From the NCBI GenBank assembly GCA_002269645.1, contig NIVC01002154.1, forward strand, positions 84,706 through 148,705: a DNA stretch of 64,000 bases, read 5' to 3'. Of this stretch, positions 26,500-39,995 are shown piece after piece. The DNA is from Macrostomum lignano (lineage: Eukaryota). Position numbers and translations under genes: made by a program. Below the pieces are notes generated by a model. The model did not search any database, had not been told where the DNA came from, and saw only the letters and a list, made by a program, of their open reading frames with translations. Each line of letters starts with the position of its first letter. Position 1 is the first letter of the stretch.

Positions 26500-26780
26500 A
26501 GCACGCCAAAAGCGGCCATTCAATTGCCGACACCAGCGGGTCGACGTCTGCCGCTGCCGACGATGTTGACGTTGACGTCGACGAAGAAGACGCTGGCGCA
26601 GACGCCGCCGCTCAGCAGCAGCAGCGCCGTCGGCTGCGCCTGCTGCGCCAGCAGAACAGCCAGACGGAGGCGGAGGTGGCGGAGATCACCGGCCTGCCAG
26701 CCGGCGACGCCGCCAAGGAGCCGCTGTCAGCCGCGGCGGCTTCGCTGCACTCGCTGCGCGGCTCGCCCTACTGCAGAAGC
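26500..26780 (+). CDS. NFI: NFI-like gene exon
   Basis: GTTGCAG acceptor (phase 1), GTGAGT donor (phase 0), open frame EHAKSGHS...PYCRS. Confidence 0.75.
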
Positions 26781-27126
26781 GTGAGTGCTCGCCGCCTGCT
26801 GACGGCAAATAGAATTCACAGCGTGTATGCATTGCATCATCTTAAACAGGCATTCGCACTCTTTTTTCTATAGCTTTTTCATGAAAATAAGCATAAAATT
26901 CGTTTTAAACAAAAAATTTGTTCGTTTTTGTAACGTGAAATTTCAATCGATTTTCGATGAAACGCCCTGCTCGAGGATCATTGACGGACAAAACGTTAGG
27001 CGTTAGCAAAAATCAGTTTTTTTTTCAAATCATGGAAGCCACTCATTGAAATTAATCAAATCATTTACTACTCTAAGTAGAGTTACCGGGTCATTAACTT
27101 GTTCTTTTATTCCATCCTTTTCTCAG

Positions 27127-28050
27127 CCGATGACCTCGGAGTTGAACTTCACGGCCTTTCCGTTTGCCGGAGCCTCTTCAGTAGTTTCCGCTTCCGCATC
27201 GGCTTCCGCCGCTGCTGTCTCGTCCGTGTCCTCCATTCACGGCGGCGGGAACAGCGGAGGCGGCGAAGGCGGCGGCAGCCGACGATCCAGCGATTCGCCG
27301 GTCTGCGGCGGCGCCTCGACCTCCTCGGGCGGGGCCTCCTCGACCACAGCGAATGTCGATGCGCTCCCAGCGCCGCCCCCGAGCTCCGCCGTTGTGATCG
27401 TCACCCCTACCGCCGAGCTGGAAGTCGCAGCTGGCAGCCAAACTGCGGGAACTACGGCAGCCAAAGCCAGCGCCGCCACCGCCGCCGCCGCAGCCGCCGC
27501 CGCAGCTGCAGCCGCGATGCCCGCTCCGCAGCTGCGTCATCTGCCTCGGCCTCGGCCGCTTGTGCCCGGCCGGGACGGCACACTGAAGGAGCGGGACGAG
27601 GGGCAGCAGCTTCATCACCAGCATCACCAGCAGCAGCAGCAACAGCAGCAGCAGCAGAGTCAGCGCCAGCATCAGCACCAAATGCACCACAGCCGGTCCT
27701 CAGCCGCCGACCTGTTCCGCCCAATCCTGTCCTCGCCAATAGACTTTTGCCGCAACGACACGCCGAACGCGATCAAGATGATTCTGGAGCTGCAGCGGGA
27801 CTCCAGCCCGGCAGGCGCCAAGCTGTCCCGCGCGGCCGGCATCGACCACTTTGAACACATCTTTCGCGCTACTCCGGGCGCCACGCCGACCTGGCCAGGC
27901 GCCAGTCCGGTTGGCGCCAGTCCGGTGCGCTTTCTTGCTGCTGCGGCTGCTGCGGCTGCTGCTGCCGCCGCCGCCGCTGCTGCCACAAGCAAGGCTCCGC
28001 CTGCGGCTGCCACCGCTGCCGTAGCCGGAAGTCCTGGAGCTGGTCACTAA
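27127..28050 (+). CDS. NFI: NFI-like gene terminal exon (Ser/Ala/Gln/Pro-rich putative transactivation region)
   Basis: TTCTCAG acceptor phase 0, long GC-rich frame to TAA. Exons from 18812 join to 2409 nt (802 aa). Confidence 0.75.
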   Translation, partial: PMTSELNFTAFPFAGASSVVSASASASAAAVSSVSSIHGGGNSGGGEGGGSRRSSDSPVCGGASTSSGGASSTTANVDALPAPPPSSAVVIVTPTAELEVAAGSQTAGTTAAKASAATAAAAAAAAAAAAMPAPQLRHLPRPRPLVPGRDGTLKERDEGQQLHHQHHQQQQQQQQQQSQRQHQHQMHHSRSSAADLFRPILSSPIDFCRNDTPNAIKMILELQRDSSPAGAKLSRAAGIDHFEHIFRATPGATPTWPGASPVGASPVRFLAAAAAAAAAAAAAAAATSKAPPAAATAAVAGSPGAGH

Positions 28051-30174
28051 TCTGCTGCTTGGAGCTTTGCTTTATAATATCTAACCTGAAAAGACCTGAA
28101 GTAGAGGAGAAACCCAAATTATCCGATCCGAAATTCGTTGGCTAAGTCTTGTTTCTTGCTGCTCAGGATACACAGCCTGTCACAATGTATTCTAGCTACT
28201 AGACTGTTATTCGTCTTCGTGGCTTTAATAAGATAAATAATACGACTATTTTGACAAATTTAGTTTTAATTAGAGCTAGTTTATAATTAACCCTTTTACT
28301 GCGCCATGGCATCTTTTCAAAATATGTACACAGAATTATTTGGTACCTTTTTAATGAGTGTGTGCTTCGACAGCTTTGTTAATTTGTTAATGTGTAAGAT
28401 GTCTATATAGTGCTAATTCAAATTATTTAATTGGAGCTCTTAATGGCCCATAGTCGCTTTACAACTTAATAAGCGTTTTACTCTGCTACTTCTCACTTTA
28501 CTTAGCTCGCACCGTTCACCCCGAGTCCCCAAACTGTTTGCAGACTAAACAACTTCAACTTGTAGGCCATAAAACTTGAGAGAGTCGGGAGCTGGCGTAG
28601 CGGGTTGGAGTGGGTGTGAAAAAACCAGCCCTTTACAGCTTAGCCAATGAGCGCTCAGCGGAGTGAGGTGGGCGCGTTGGGTGAGGAATAAAAAAAACAA
28701 ATAGCACAATCTGGTGTTAAATCTTGTGGTTAATTTATTCTAGCATACGATTTTCGTATAATAATAATGTAAAATATTCTGTCCCTAATTTTTAAGCCCT
28801 TTGCTAATTCGTAATTCTTCTGTAAAGTCCCTTCTGACATCAAATGTTATTTCCGTTATTTTACTACTTATAGTAGCGTTGCAGCTATTTAAGCAGTAAG
28901 TAGTACGAGCTCTGTTTGAAATACGATTAATCTTGTTTTTGCTAGGTTTTTAATACTTTATTGCTGTAATATTTCTAATGACTTATCAGTAAGTTTCCGA
29001 AACGTTTATTAGATTGTTTTTTGTAGGCTGTCGCAATGCTTAAATGGCATTATCATGTTTCGCAGTACATTACACAGCGTAATTAGAATGCTATCTCTAA
29101 ATGCATCGTTGTCCCGTATTTAAATAGGTAATGCTTTTGATAAAGTTTGTCTATTGTTTGACATTTTATACTGATCGTTTGAGCGACTTTATTCACAACT
29201 TTAATCCGATGATGCGAGACTATCGGTGGATAAGTAGTATATTAATGAAAAGTAGTATCAATGAGTATTTGTGTTCCGACAATCTGCTCAGATTTTTTGA
29301 GTTCATTTTTAGGAGTTATTAAATCACAGAGAAAAGGTGTTTTACTTCCCCGACCGCTTTCCCCTTTGCTGGCAGCGCATGCGACACCTGCTACAGTGAG
29401 ATGCTGTTTTTACATGCCTATAGTTTTTGCTCTTCTTTTTAATTATTGCTTTGCCAATGCGACATGCGCTTTGAGGGCGAGTGTACACCGACTGGAGGCT
29501 GCAAGGCTTGCAGAAATCCCTCCGCCCTGCATCGCCTGTCCCAGCGGCCGCTTCCCCCGCGTGCAGCTGGCCGCGGGCAACTCATGGCATCCCGATGTGG
29601 CGTCCGGATCATTCGATGGCATTTTTGCGAGAATTTTCCGCCTCCCCTGATTCCCCTAAGCTGCTTTCTGCGCTGCTTCTCTCGGCACAAGCGTTGTTGA
29701 CCCTGTTTTCATGATTTACTCTTCAGAACCTTGTGCTGTACGAACATCATTCGATGTGACTTTTCAGTTTTATGTAGACTGGATTAAGTCAAATATGGCT
29801 GAAGTCAAGAAGCCGTGTGTACTTCAGTGAGCCTGAGCCCAGAATGTCCCGCAAACGATTCTCGTCTAAATTAATTTTTAACCTGTGTTTTCCCCTATCT
29901 TCCCAATTGGTTTTCCCCTATCTTCCCAATTGCAAGCAGGTCATGATGATCATGTAAAGTAAGTTTTCTGTTGTAAAAAATGGTCATTTTAGTTCGGTAG
30001 TATTTCATTCAAACAAAAACAGAAAAAGCTGCGTCAATTCATTGAGTTATTTAATACGATCGAAGAATGAGCTGTTCGACTCATTTTTTTGTTCCATGCA
30101 AGCTTGATGGGCTCTTTGAAACCACGGCCGGATGCTGTCTGTGTATAACAGTAGCAATTCGAATTTGAATGCTC

Positions 30175-32031
30175 AGAGCCCACCCCATCAACCCACCATC
30201 TGACCCCACACCCCAGCACTCAGCCCTCCCCACCAACCCCACCATCTGACCCCACACCCCAGCACTCAGCCCTCCCCATCAACCCACCATCTGACCCCAC
30301 ACCCCAGCACTCAGCCCTCCCCATCAACCCACCATCTGACCCCACACCCCAGCACTCAGCCCTCCCCATCAACCCACCATCTGACCCCACACCCCAGCAC
30401 TCAGCCCTCCCCATCAACCCACCATCTGACCCCACACCCCAGCATTCAGCCCTCCCCACCAACCCACCATCTGACCCCACACCCCAGCATTCAGCCCTCC
30501 CCATCAACCCACCATCTGACCCCACACCCCAGCACTCAGCCCTCCCATCAACCCACCATCTGACCCCACACCCCAGCACTCAGCCCTCCCCCACCATCTG
30601 ACCCCACACCCAGCACTCAGCCCTCCCCATCAACCCACCATCTGACCCCACACCCAGCACTCAGCCCTCCCCATCAACCCACCATCTGACCCCACACCCC
30701 AGCACTCAGCCCTCCCCACCAACCCACCATCTGACCCCACACCCCAGCATTCAGCCCTCCCCATCAACCCACCATCTGACCCCACACCCCAGCACTCAGC
30801 CCTCCCCATCAACCCACCATCTGACCCCACACCCCAGCATTCAGCCCTCCCCATCAACCCACCATCTGACCCCACACCCAGCACTCAGCCCTCCCCATCA
30901 ACCCACCATCTGACCCCACACCCCAGCACTCAGCCCTCCCCACCAACCCACCATCTGACCCCACACCCCAGCATTCAGCCCTCCCCATCAACCCACCATC
31001 TGACCCCACACCCCAGCATTCAGCCCTCCCCACCAACCCACCATCTGACCCCACACCCCAGCATTCAGCCCTCCCCATCAACCCACCATCTGACCCCACA
31101 CCCCAGCACTCAGCCCTCCCACCAACCCACCATCTGACCCCACACCCCAGCACTCAGCCCTCCCCACCATCTGACCCCACACCCAGCACTCAGCCCTCCC
31201 CATCAACCCACCATCTGACCCCACACCCCAGCACTCAGCCCTCCCACCAACCCACCATCTGACCCCACACCCCAGCACTCAGCCCTCCCCATCAACCCAC
31301 CATCTGACCCCACACCCCAGCATTCAGCCCTCCCCACCAACCCACCATCTGACCCCACACCCCAGCATTCAGCCCTCCCCATCAACCCACCATCTGACCC
31401 CACACCCCAGCACTCAGCCCTCCCCACCAACCCCACCATCTGACCCCACACTCCAGCATCCAGCCCTCCCCACCAACCCCACCACCATCTGACCGCACAC
31501 ACCCAGCATTCAGCCCTCCCCACCAACCCCACCACCATCTGACCCCACACCCAGCACTCAGCCCTCCCCACCAATCCCACCACCATCTGACCCCACACCC
31601 CAGCATTCAGCCCTCCCCACCAACCCCACCACCATCTGACCCCACACCCAGCACTCAGCCCTCCCCACCAACCCCACCACCATCTGACCCCACACACTCC
31701 AGCATCCAGCCCTCCCCACCAACCCCACCACCATCTGATCGCACACACCCAGCATTCAGCCCTCCCCACCAACCCCACCACCATCTGACCCCACACCCAG
31801 CACTCAGCCCTCCCACCAACCCCACCACCATCTGACCCCACACCCCAGCATTCAGCCCTCCCACCAACCCCACCACCATCTGACCCCACACCCAGCACTC
31901 AGCCCTCCCCACCAACCTCACCATCTGACCCCACACCCAGCACTCAGCCCTCCCACCAACCCCACCATCTGACCCCACACCCAGCACTCAGCCCTCCCCA
32001 CCAACCCCACCATCTGACCCCACACCCCAGC
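30175..32031. repeat. ~45-bp C-rich minisatellite
   Basis: Unit CCCACACCCCAGCACTCAGCCCTCCCCATCAACCCACCATCTGAC with variants. Confidence 0.97.
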
Positions 32032-33197
32032 ACACAGTCCTAGCTGTGCCGATTACAAAACCGATTTACAGCACTCTGAAATATATTTTCACCTTATTCA
32101 TATATATTGAAGCACTGAGCTTAAACTGTTCAGATAAGTGCAGTAGAATGAGTCTTGAACTTTAAGGTACACCGGAAATCCCTTTTTCCTCCACTATTTT
32201 GTTCGACTTTACTGCTCAGGCTGAAGTCTGGAGTCACTTTTTGAAGCTTTGTTTGCAAAAATATGCTTATATTTTGTCAATGAGCTTGTCATGTGATATA
32301 AATATTTCAAATACGTTTTAGATCGATTGATTATTATTTTTATCTCTATTTTTGTCGACTTTTTTTCCAGACGAATATTGCAAAGCTTTTATTCTTGGCA
32401 ATTTTTAAACATTGCATCAATACACGATTGACAATTCCGGGCAATATTTGTCTGGTAATCAAAACTTGTACTTTTGTGTGTTGCAATAAAACCCACTGGC
32501 TGTCAAGTATCTTGAATCATTTCAATCAAATTTGCTACATTTTGACGTGTGGGAAATTAACCTTTGAGCAGTGAATTGAGCAGGTTTGCTGTACTTTCTT
32601 GCTCCTCTCCCAGTAAAGCTGTGCAATTTGATGCATTCAATTGAGCATAGCTTTGTCGCAAGGGGCTCAGAATCTTAAATTGTTGGTACAATTTCCCCCA
32701 AAGTTTGATAGCTACTCAAGTAGGGAAACTATATACGTCTCTTGGAACATTTTAGGAGGCAGCTTTTACAGAAAAAAATACTTAAGGGAGATGGGGGTTT
32801 TCATTATTTTAGCACAAAAATTGTTACTGCCTTTGATAGGAGGCTGACCCAATGTTCATCTTTTGATGACTTGCTTTTCTTATATCTCATTTTTTGTAGA
32901 CTCTTTGGAATCACATTCTGTGTGAATCATATCCGATGATTGGACTAAAAAACAAAAGATTAGGATAAACGAGCGTAAAACAAAAAACACAGTACTACTA
33001 ACTAATAGTAGTAAATGAGTATCTACTTCTAAAAAACTAAGTTAGTAAAACAAAATTAAGAAAAAATTTCAACTCTTTCTATAATGCCAATGAGACTTAC
33101 ATCAGGCTTTGGATATATGCAAATTTGCTCAACTTTTAGACTGCGGCAAACTTCTGGCTTCATATTCTTTTTTTCAAGCTTGATATTGGGGTTCCGA

Positions 33198-35175
33198 TGA
33201 TGAGATTGGAAATCTGATGGTAAGATTGGAAATCTGATGGTGAGATTGGGGATCTGATGCTGAGATTGGGGATCTGATGCTGAGATTGGAGATCTGATGG
33301 TGAGATTGGAAATCTGATGATGAGATTGGAGATCTGATGGTGAGATTGGGGATCTGATGCTGAGATTGGAGATCTGATGGTGAGATTGGAAATCTGATGG
33401 TGAGATTGGGGATCTGATGGTGAGATTGGGGATCTGATGCTGAGATTGGAGATCTGATGGTGAGATTGGAGATCTGATAGTGAAATTGGGGATCTGATGG
33501 TGAGATTAGGAATCGGATGGTGAGATTAGGAATCTGATGGTGAGATTGGGGATCTGATAGTGAGATTGGAAATCTGATGGTGAGATTAGGAATCGGATGG
33601 TGAGATTGGAGATCTGATGGTGAGATTGGAGATCTGATAGTGAGATTGGGGATCTGATGGTGCGATTGGAGATCTGATGGTGAGATTGGGGATCTGATTG
33701 TGAGATTGGAAATCTGATGGTGAGATTAGGAATCGGATGGTGAGATTGGAGATCTGATGGTGAGATTGGAGATCTGATGGTGAGATTGGGGATCTGATGG
33801 TGAGATTAGGAATCGGATGGTGAGATTGGAGATCTGATAGTGAGATTGGAAATCTGATGGTGAGATTAGGAATCGGATGGTGAGATTGGAGATCTGATGG
33901 TGAGATTGGAGATCTGATGGTGAGATTGGAGATCTGATGGTGAGATTGGAGATCTGATAGTGAAATTGGGGATCTGATGGTGAGATTGGGGATCTGATAG
34001 TGAAATTAGAGATCTGATTGTGAGATTGGACATTGGAGATCTGATGTTGAGATTGGGGATCTGATAGTGAAATTGGGGATCTGATGGTGAGATTAAGAAT
34101 CGGATGGTGAGATTGGAGATCTGATGGTGAGATTGGGGATCTGATGGTGAGATTGGAAATCTGATGGTGAGATTGGAAATCTGATGGTGAGATTGGGGAT
34201 CTGATGGTGAGATTGGGGATCTGATGGTGAGATTGGAGATCTGATAGTGAGATTGGAAATCTGATGGTGAGATTAGGAATCGGATGGTGAGATTGGAGAT
34301 CTGATGGTGAGATTGGAGATCTGATAGTGAGATTGGGGATCTGATGGTGCGATTGGAGATCTGATGGTGAGATTGGGGATCTGATTGTGAGATTGGAAAT
34401 CTGATGGTGAGATTAGGAATCGGATGGTGAGATTGGAGATCTGATGGTGAGATTGGAGATCTGATGGTGAGATTGGAGATCTGATGGTGAGATTGGAGAT
34501 CTGATAGTGAAATTGGGGATCTGATGGTGAGATTAAGGATCTGATAGTGAAATTGGAGATCTGATTGTGAGATTGGACATTGGAGATCTGATGTTGAGAT
34601 TGGGGATCTGATAGTGAAATTGGGGATCTGATGGTGAGATTAAGAATCGGATGGTGAGATTGGAGATCTGATGGTGAGATTGGAGATCTGATAGTGAGAT
34701 TAGGAATCGGATGGTGAGATTGGAGATCTGATAGTGAAATTGGGGATCTGATAGTGAGATTGGAAATCTGATGTTGAGATTAGGAATCTGATGGTGAGAT
34801 TGGGGATCTGATGGTGAGATTGGAGATCTGATAGTGAAATTGGGGATCTGATGGTGAGATTGGGGATCTGATGGTGAGATTGGAGATCTGATGGTGAGAT
34901 TGGAGATCTGATAGTGAAATTGGGGATCTGATGGTGAGATTGGGGATCTGATAGTGAAATTGGAGATCTGATTGTGAGATTGGACATTGGAGATCTGATG
35001 GTGAGATTGGGGATCTGATAGTGAAATTGGGGATCTGATGTTGAGATTAAGAATCGGATGGTGAGATTGGAGATCTGATGGTGAGATTGGAGATCTGATG
35101 GTGAGATTGGAGATCTGATGCTGAGATTGGAGATCTGATGGTGAGATTAGAGACCTGATAGGGAGATCGGGGATC
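33198..35175. repeat. 20-bp minisatellite (TGAGATTGGAGATCTGATGG)
   Basis: About 100 variant units, with internal higher-order blocks. Confidence 0.97.
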
Positions 35176-35977
35176 TGCTGGATTGCCAGATTTACTTTCT
35201 ATGAAATGGTCAGGCATTGCAAGGAATGTGACTGGCGCCAATTTCCAGTCACAGGCCCCGCACTTACAAACAACCTCTTCTCTGAGCGGGGACGCCGAAG
35301 CGAGATAGGGTGAAGCCTCTTTATAGGAGCTAAAAGTGGCCGGAACGGTTTGGCCGCGGCGGAAGATGTTAAGCTGGAGAGCGCTGCTCTATAGTAAGGC
35401 CATGGCAAAACATTTGGCTCAGAGGAAGCAAGGCTGAGTTGCCTGAGCTGTCACAGTTTGGGCCTCAAGTGGCCCTCTGTAACCTCGCAAAGGCTTTTCT
35501 ATGGCAAGTACAGACCGCCGACAGCTCCAGCCTTCCTGAGCTGGAAACTTGCTGCCGCAAGTAAACTGCGTCGCTTGATCAGAAAAAACGGAGGGAAGTT
35601 ACTTTACCGTTTCTCCTTCCCTCCCGCGCTGTCCTTGTATCACCGCCGGCTCAAAGCCTTCCTCAGCGGGAGGATTTCGGGTGAACTGAGTCACGGCACA
35701 GCGCAGTGGCACACTGCTCAAGCAATCCTAAGTCCTCCAGTCCCCTCCAGTCCCTGTCCCCCGATCTGCTCTCCCCTCCTGGCCCCGGGCGAGTGCCTCC
35801 AATAGGATCATCAGAGCCGGGTTGGCAAATTGAGATGCCATTTTACTCAATTCCAAGCTCATTTTGATTTGGAGCTCCCAGTCCTGGCGGCTCGTCTCCC
35901 TCTCCTAATTCTTCTTCGGTAATCCCAGATTAGAGTCCACATTAGACCAGCTCTTATTGAATGTAGCATCTTCGTCT

Positions 35978-36565
35978 ATGTCATTCCCGCCTGAACTCTT
36001 GGCGACGACGGCCCTCCCGCCAACGAAGCTGTCATCAGCCGGTGTGGCCCCGTCAGCTCGTATCGCAGTGATCTCCACAGCCGTGGCCGTGTCGGTCCTG
36101 GCCAGCTTATTGTTCACTGTCTGCGTGCTGAAGGCCGTTATTCAGACTCGACGAAGCGACAGTGACGATGACGAAGAATCTGACGCCGGTGTCCGCAGTC
36201 AGTGCTGCCGCTGCTGCTGTCCAAGGAGAACCGGCGGGAGCAGTCTTGATTGCAGCGACTGCGAAGCCGCATTGGAAGCGCCGACCGAACCGATCCTGCG
36301 GCAGGCGTCCTCAACTCTGCTGATTCCCTGCACGGAGGACCTGGTCGTGTCGAACTGGCGATGCGGACTGTCAGCAAGGGAAGCGTCCAGCACAACAGCG
36401 GCTGCGAGCTTCCTGTTGGTGCGGCAGGAGAGTGTGGACTGCGTGGCTGCGTCGGACGACGCCGGAGCTGCAGCGGCAGTGTCGCAAAGGTGGCGCAGCG
36501 GTCGTCGACCTGCAGGGTCTCATCAGCATGCTCAGCAGACGATAAAACGAGAATTCTTTGTTTAG
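35978..36565 (+). CDS. Hypothetical single-pass membrane protein (195 aa, or last exon of a longer gene)
   Basis: GC-rich frame with hydrophobic IAVISTAVAVSVLASLLFTVCVLKAVI, then an acidic stretch and CCRCCCP. AG at 35965-66 just upstream of the ATG. No recognised family. Confidence 0.55.
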   Translation: MSFPPELLATTALPPTKLSSAGVAPSARIAVISTAVAVSVLASLLFTVCVLKAVIQTRRSDSDDDEESDAGVRSQCCRCCCPRRTGGSSLDCSDCEAALEAPTEPILRQASSTLLIPCTEDLVVSNWRCGLSAREASSTTAAASFLLVRQESVDCVAASDDAGAAAAVSQRWRSGRRPAGSHQHAQQTIKREFFV

Positions 36566-38534
36566 TTTCGTAAAAGTACTGGACCGTACAGCATTGTTTT
36601 CGACAAAGAGTACCGTAAGACCTACTATATGTATATTGTACAGCGTACTTGCTTGTGCATGTACATTTACAATGTAAATGTAAAGCTACTTTTATCACGG
36701 CCATGCATTGAGAAACAATGCATCTATCGAACCAAGAAACACTGTATTTCTCACCTTTAACCCACTATATTTACCTACTGTCATTTCCCTGTTTGCACGC
36801 GTGCATAGCTATGTACTGTTACTGCGGATTTACTGGAATCATGCTCAACAAATCATGGTCCTACATGTACATGTACAGTGTAATTGTTGCAGGAATTCGG
36901 GATCTCACGGAACCTGGTTTTTACTATTTAATTAGACTAAAAATCATTCAGTAATCGAAAATTTCTTACATCTGACCTGGTAATGCCTATATTATCTGTA
37001 CTTAATTTATAGTCAAGTAGTTCAGTGACAGACAAACTGTTAATGTATATTGCACGTTTATACATGTAGTAGAATCAGCTATAAGTACTTATTGCATAAC
37101 TTTATCTAAAACTTGATCCTCAATGCTAATGTTCTTTAATTACAGAACTCTTATTCCCCTTTTTGCTTGACTCCGAGATCACATACGAGCGTAAAATCGT
37201 CCCAACTACTCACATTAGTCCACATTACTCACTTCTAGACGTAAATGTGCGCGCATACACCAGAATGTTAGATTTCTTTTCTTAGTTTTAATATCATAAA
37301 TTTTATCTGTAATAATATTAGTATCCTCAACCAAAGAATAGATAAAGAATATTATTTATCTTTAATAATGAATAATATACACCAATGCTGATTTGTTTAA
37401 AGCTGCGCACTTAAATACCATGGATACCAAACAGCTATTTTAACGTATAAAATTCATAACTTTTAACACCACGTGTCATAACCCATATACTAAAATTAGC
37501 TATCTAAAACTCGTGAATAGAGCAAAGAATTAAAATAATATAATTTATACAAGACAGAAGCATGATCCACTACACATTGATTCTATTGGTTTGATTTTTA
37601 TTCTATTTAAGGATGATACATATATTTGCAACAATGCTTAAAACGATGGACCGGACTGAAACACTCGGAAAGGCCGAAAAATCCTTAAAACGAGAAAGTC
37701 TAAGCTAAGTGATCAGTGTTTCAGTGACTAGCGAGATTGCAAGAAGTTTTGATTTTAACTAAAATGCCAGTATTTAATGGAGTTCTTTTCAGAAAATTAT
37801 AGCCACATTGGCACAATATTTCATTGTCAAATATTTGAGTGAATCTCTGGTATAATAAAATATACTCATATTCTCGTTTTCAATACTTCTCCCTTTATCA
37901 ATTTACTCTGGATAAATATTCACTCACAAATAGAGATTTGAAGAGATCTTCTTAGGGACTGTCAAACAGGCAATATACCAACCAATAAAAATCTAATCAG
38001 TTAAATTGTTAGCCAAACTTAAATCTAATGCATTTTATATTTATACTTGTTTATTTATTTACAAAGGAAATTTATCTGGACTTTTACAAAGGAATTTCAA
38101 ACAAAATTGAACAGATATTGTTTGTTTACTGAATTAGTGTTCAATTTTACCCATTTATTAATAATAATTTATTAACTAATTTATTAATAATAATTAGTTT
38201 GTATTTTTATGAAATCTTTTAGACTTCAAAGCTTTATATTTTGCACAGGGTGGACCATGAACCAATGATGGGTAAAAATAATCCAAAAAACCACCTGAGT
38301 TGCAGAGTTTTCTGAAACAAAAATAGACTTTTTGCATCTACGTTTTTATCACATTGACTATCATCAATGATTTATTGATACATGTAAAAAAATGAATTCG
38401 AGATAAATACAATGGTGACTTAGCATTACGAGCTAGATGAACCATTTGATGTATGTATTGAGCTGGACTTAAAAATATTGAGTAGGATTTTTGTTACCAT
38501 GCGGTCCGCAAACTGGCTCAGTTGCAGCCCCGCC

Positions 38535-39086
38535 ATGCCCAACGTGAAGCTGCTCAGCAGCGACAATGAGATCATCGAGCTGGACTCGGACGCTCTGCGG
38601 CTCTCCGAGCGACTCCGCCGGCTGGCCGACTACCCCGGCGGCGATGGCCACGAGATCCCCGTGCCGAACGTCACCTCGGCGACGCTACGTCGCGTGGCCA
38701 CCTGGTGCGCGCACCATCGGGACGACCCGGCGCCGCCCGAGGACGACGAGAACCGCCTGCAGCTCGGCAGCGTCGCTAGCGGCGTCTACGGCAGTGGCGG
38801 GGGCGGCGCGGTCTTCAGCGTGTGGGACAGCGAGTTCCTCAACCTGGAGCCCGTCTGCCTGTTCGAGCTGCTGCAGGCCGCCGCCTACCTAGACGTCCGC
38901 GGCCTCGTTGACGCCTGCTGTCTGGCCGTTGCCGATATGATCCGCGGCCGCGGCCCGGAAGACATTCGCAAAACCTTCAACATCAAGTGCGACCTGACGC
39001 CGCAGGAGGAGGAGCAGGTCAGGCAGGAGCTCGCCTGGTGCCACGACCCGCCGGAGGAGAAAAGCTCTGACTCACTGCCTGACTGA
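38535..39086 (+). CDS. SKP1: Skp1-family protein (intronless, divergent paralog, 183 aa)
   Basis: MPNVKLLSSDNEII, IPVPNVTSATLRRVATWCAHHRDDP, WDSEFL, LFELLQAAAYLDVRGL and IRKTFNIKCDLTPQEEEQVRQELAWC match the Skp1 POZ and dimerisation domains. Confidence 0.93.
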   Translation: MPNVKLLSSDNEIIELDSDALRLSERLRRLADYPGGDGHEIPVPNVTSATLRRVATWCAHHRDDPAPPEDDENRLQLGSVASGVYGSGGGGAVFSVWDSEFLNLEPVCLFELLQAAAYLDVRGLVDACCLAVADMIRGRGPEDIRKTFNIKCDLTPQEEEQVRQELAWCHDPPEEKSSDSLPD

Positions 39087-39176
39087 CTGCCTGACTGACT
39101 GACTGACTGACTGACTGACTGACTGACTGACTGACTGACTGACTGACTGACTGACTGACTGACTGACTGACTGACT
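39066..39176. repeat. (GACT)n microsatellite overlapping the Skp1 stop codon
   Basis: Seen directly. Confidence 0.97.
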
Positions 39177-39397
39177 ATCAACTCGTTTATTCGCTGTTCT
39201 TGCCACAAGCACTTTTTCCATGTTGTTTCTTTTTACTGATTATGTAATCAATATAACTCCCAGCCAACATCATAAAGCTAACTTTTCTTCTCCAGTATTT
39301 TAAAGTAGCTTAAAAAATTGCTATAATTGCCATTGACAATTCACTGCTGTTGTGCAGCCAGCGTTTGTAGTTACCTTGTAATTTTTTTGGCTTTTTG

Positions 39398-39995
39398 TAT
39401 TGCTATCGGTATTGCATTGCTATCGGTATTGCATTGCTATCGGTATTGCATTGCTATCGGTATTGCATTGCTATCGGTATTGCATTGCTATCGGTATTGC
39501 ATTGCTATCGGTATTGCATTGCTATCGGTATTGCATTGCTATCGGTATTGCATTGCTATCGGTATTGCATTGCTATCGGTATTGCATTGCTATCGGTATT
39601 GCATTGCTATCGGTATTGCATTGCTATCGGTATTGCATTGCTATCGGTATTGCATTGCTATCGGTATTGCATTGCTATCGGTATTGCATTGCTATCGGTA
39701 TTGCATTGCTATCGGTATTGCATTGCTATCGGTATTGCATTGCTATCGGTATTGCATTGCTATCGGTATTGCATTGCTATCGGTATTGCATTGCTATCGG
39801 TATTGCATTGCTATCGGTATTGCATTGCTATCGGTATTGCATTGCTATCGGTATTGCATTGCTATCGGTATTGCATTGCTATCGGTATTGCATTGCTATC
39901 GGTATTGCATTGCTATCGGTATTGCATTGCTATCGGTATTGCATTGCTATCGGTATTGCATTGCTATCGGTATTGCATTGCTATCGGTATTGCAT
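39398..39995. repeat. Perfect 17-bp minisatellite (TATTGCATTGCTATCGG)
   Basis: About 35 identical units. Confidence 0.98.

Noticed and set aside
27891-27905. NFI-like site CTGGC-N5-GCCAG within the NFI last exon (autoregulation?)
   Set aside because: An imperfect site in very GC-rich coding sequence, expected by chance.
35220-35400. Short hairpins (GTGACTGG...CCAGTCAC; AGAGC...GCTCT) suggesting a structured RNA
   Set aside because: No recognisable snRNA, SL RNA, ribozyme or telomerase-template motif, and the stems are short.
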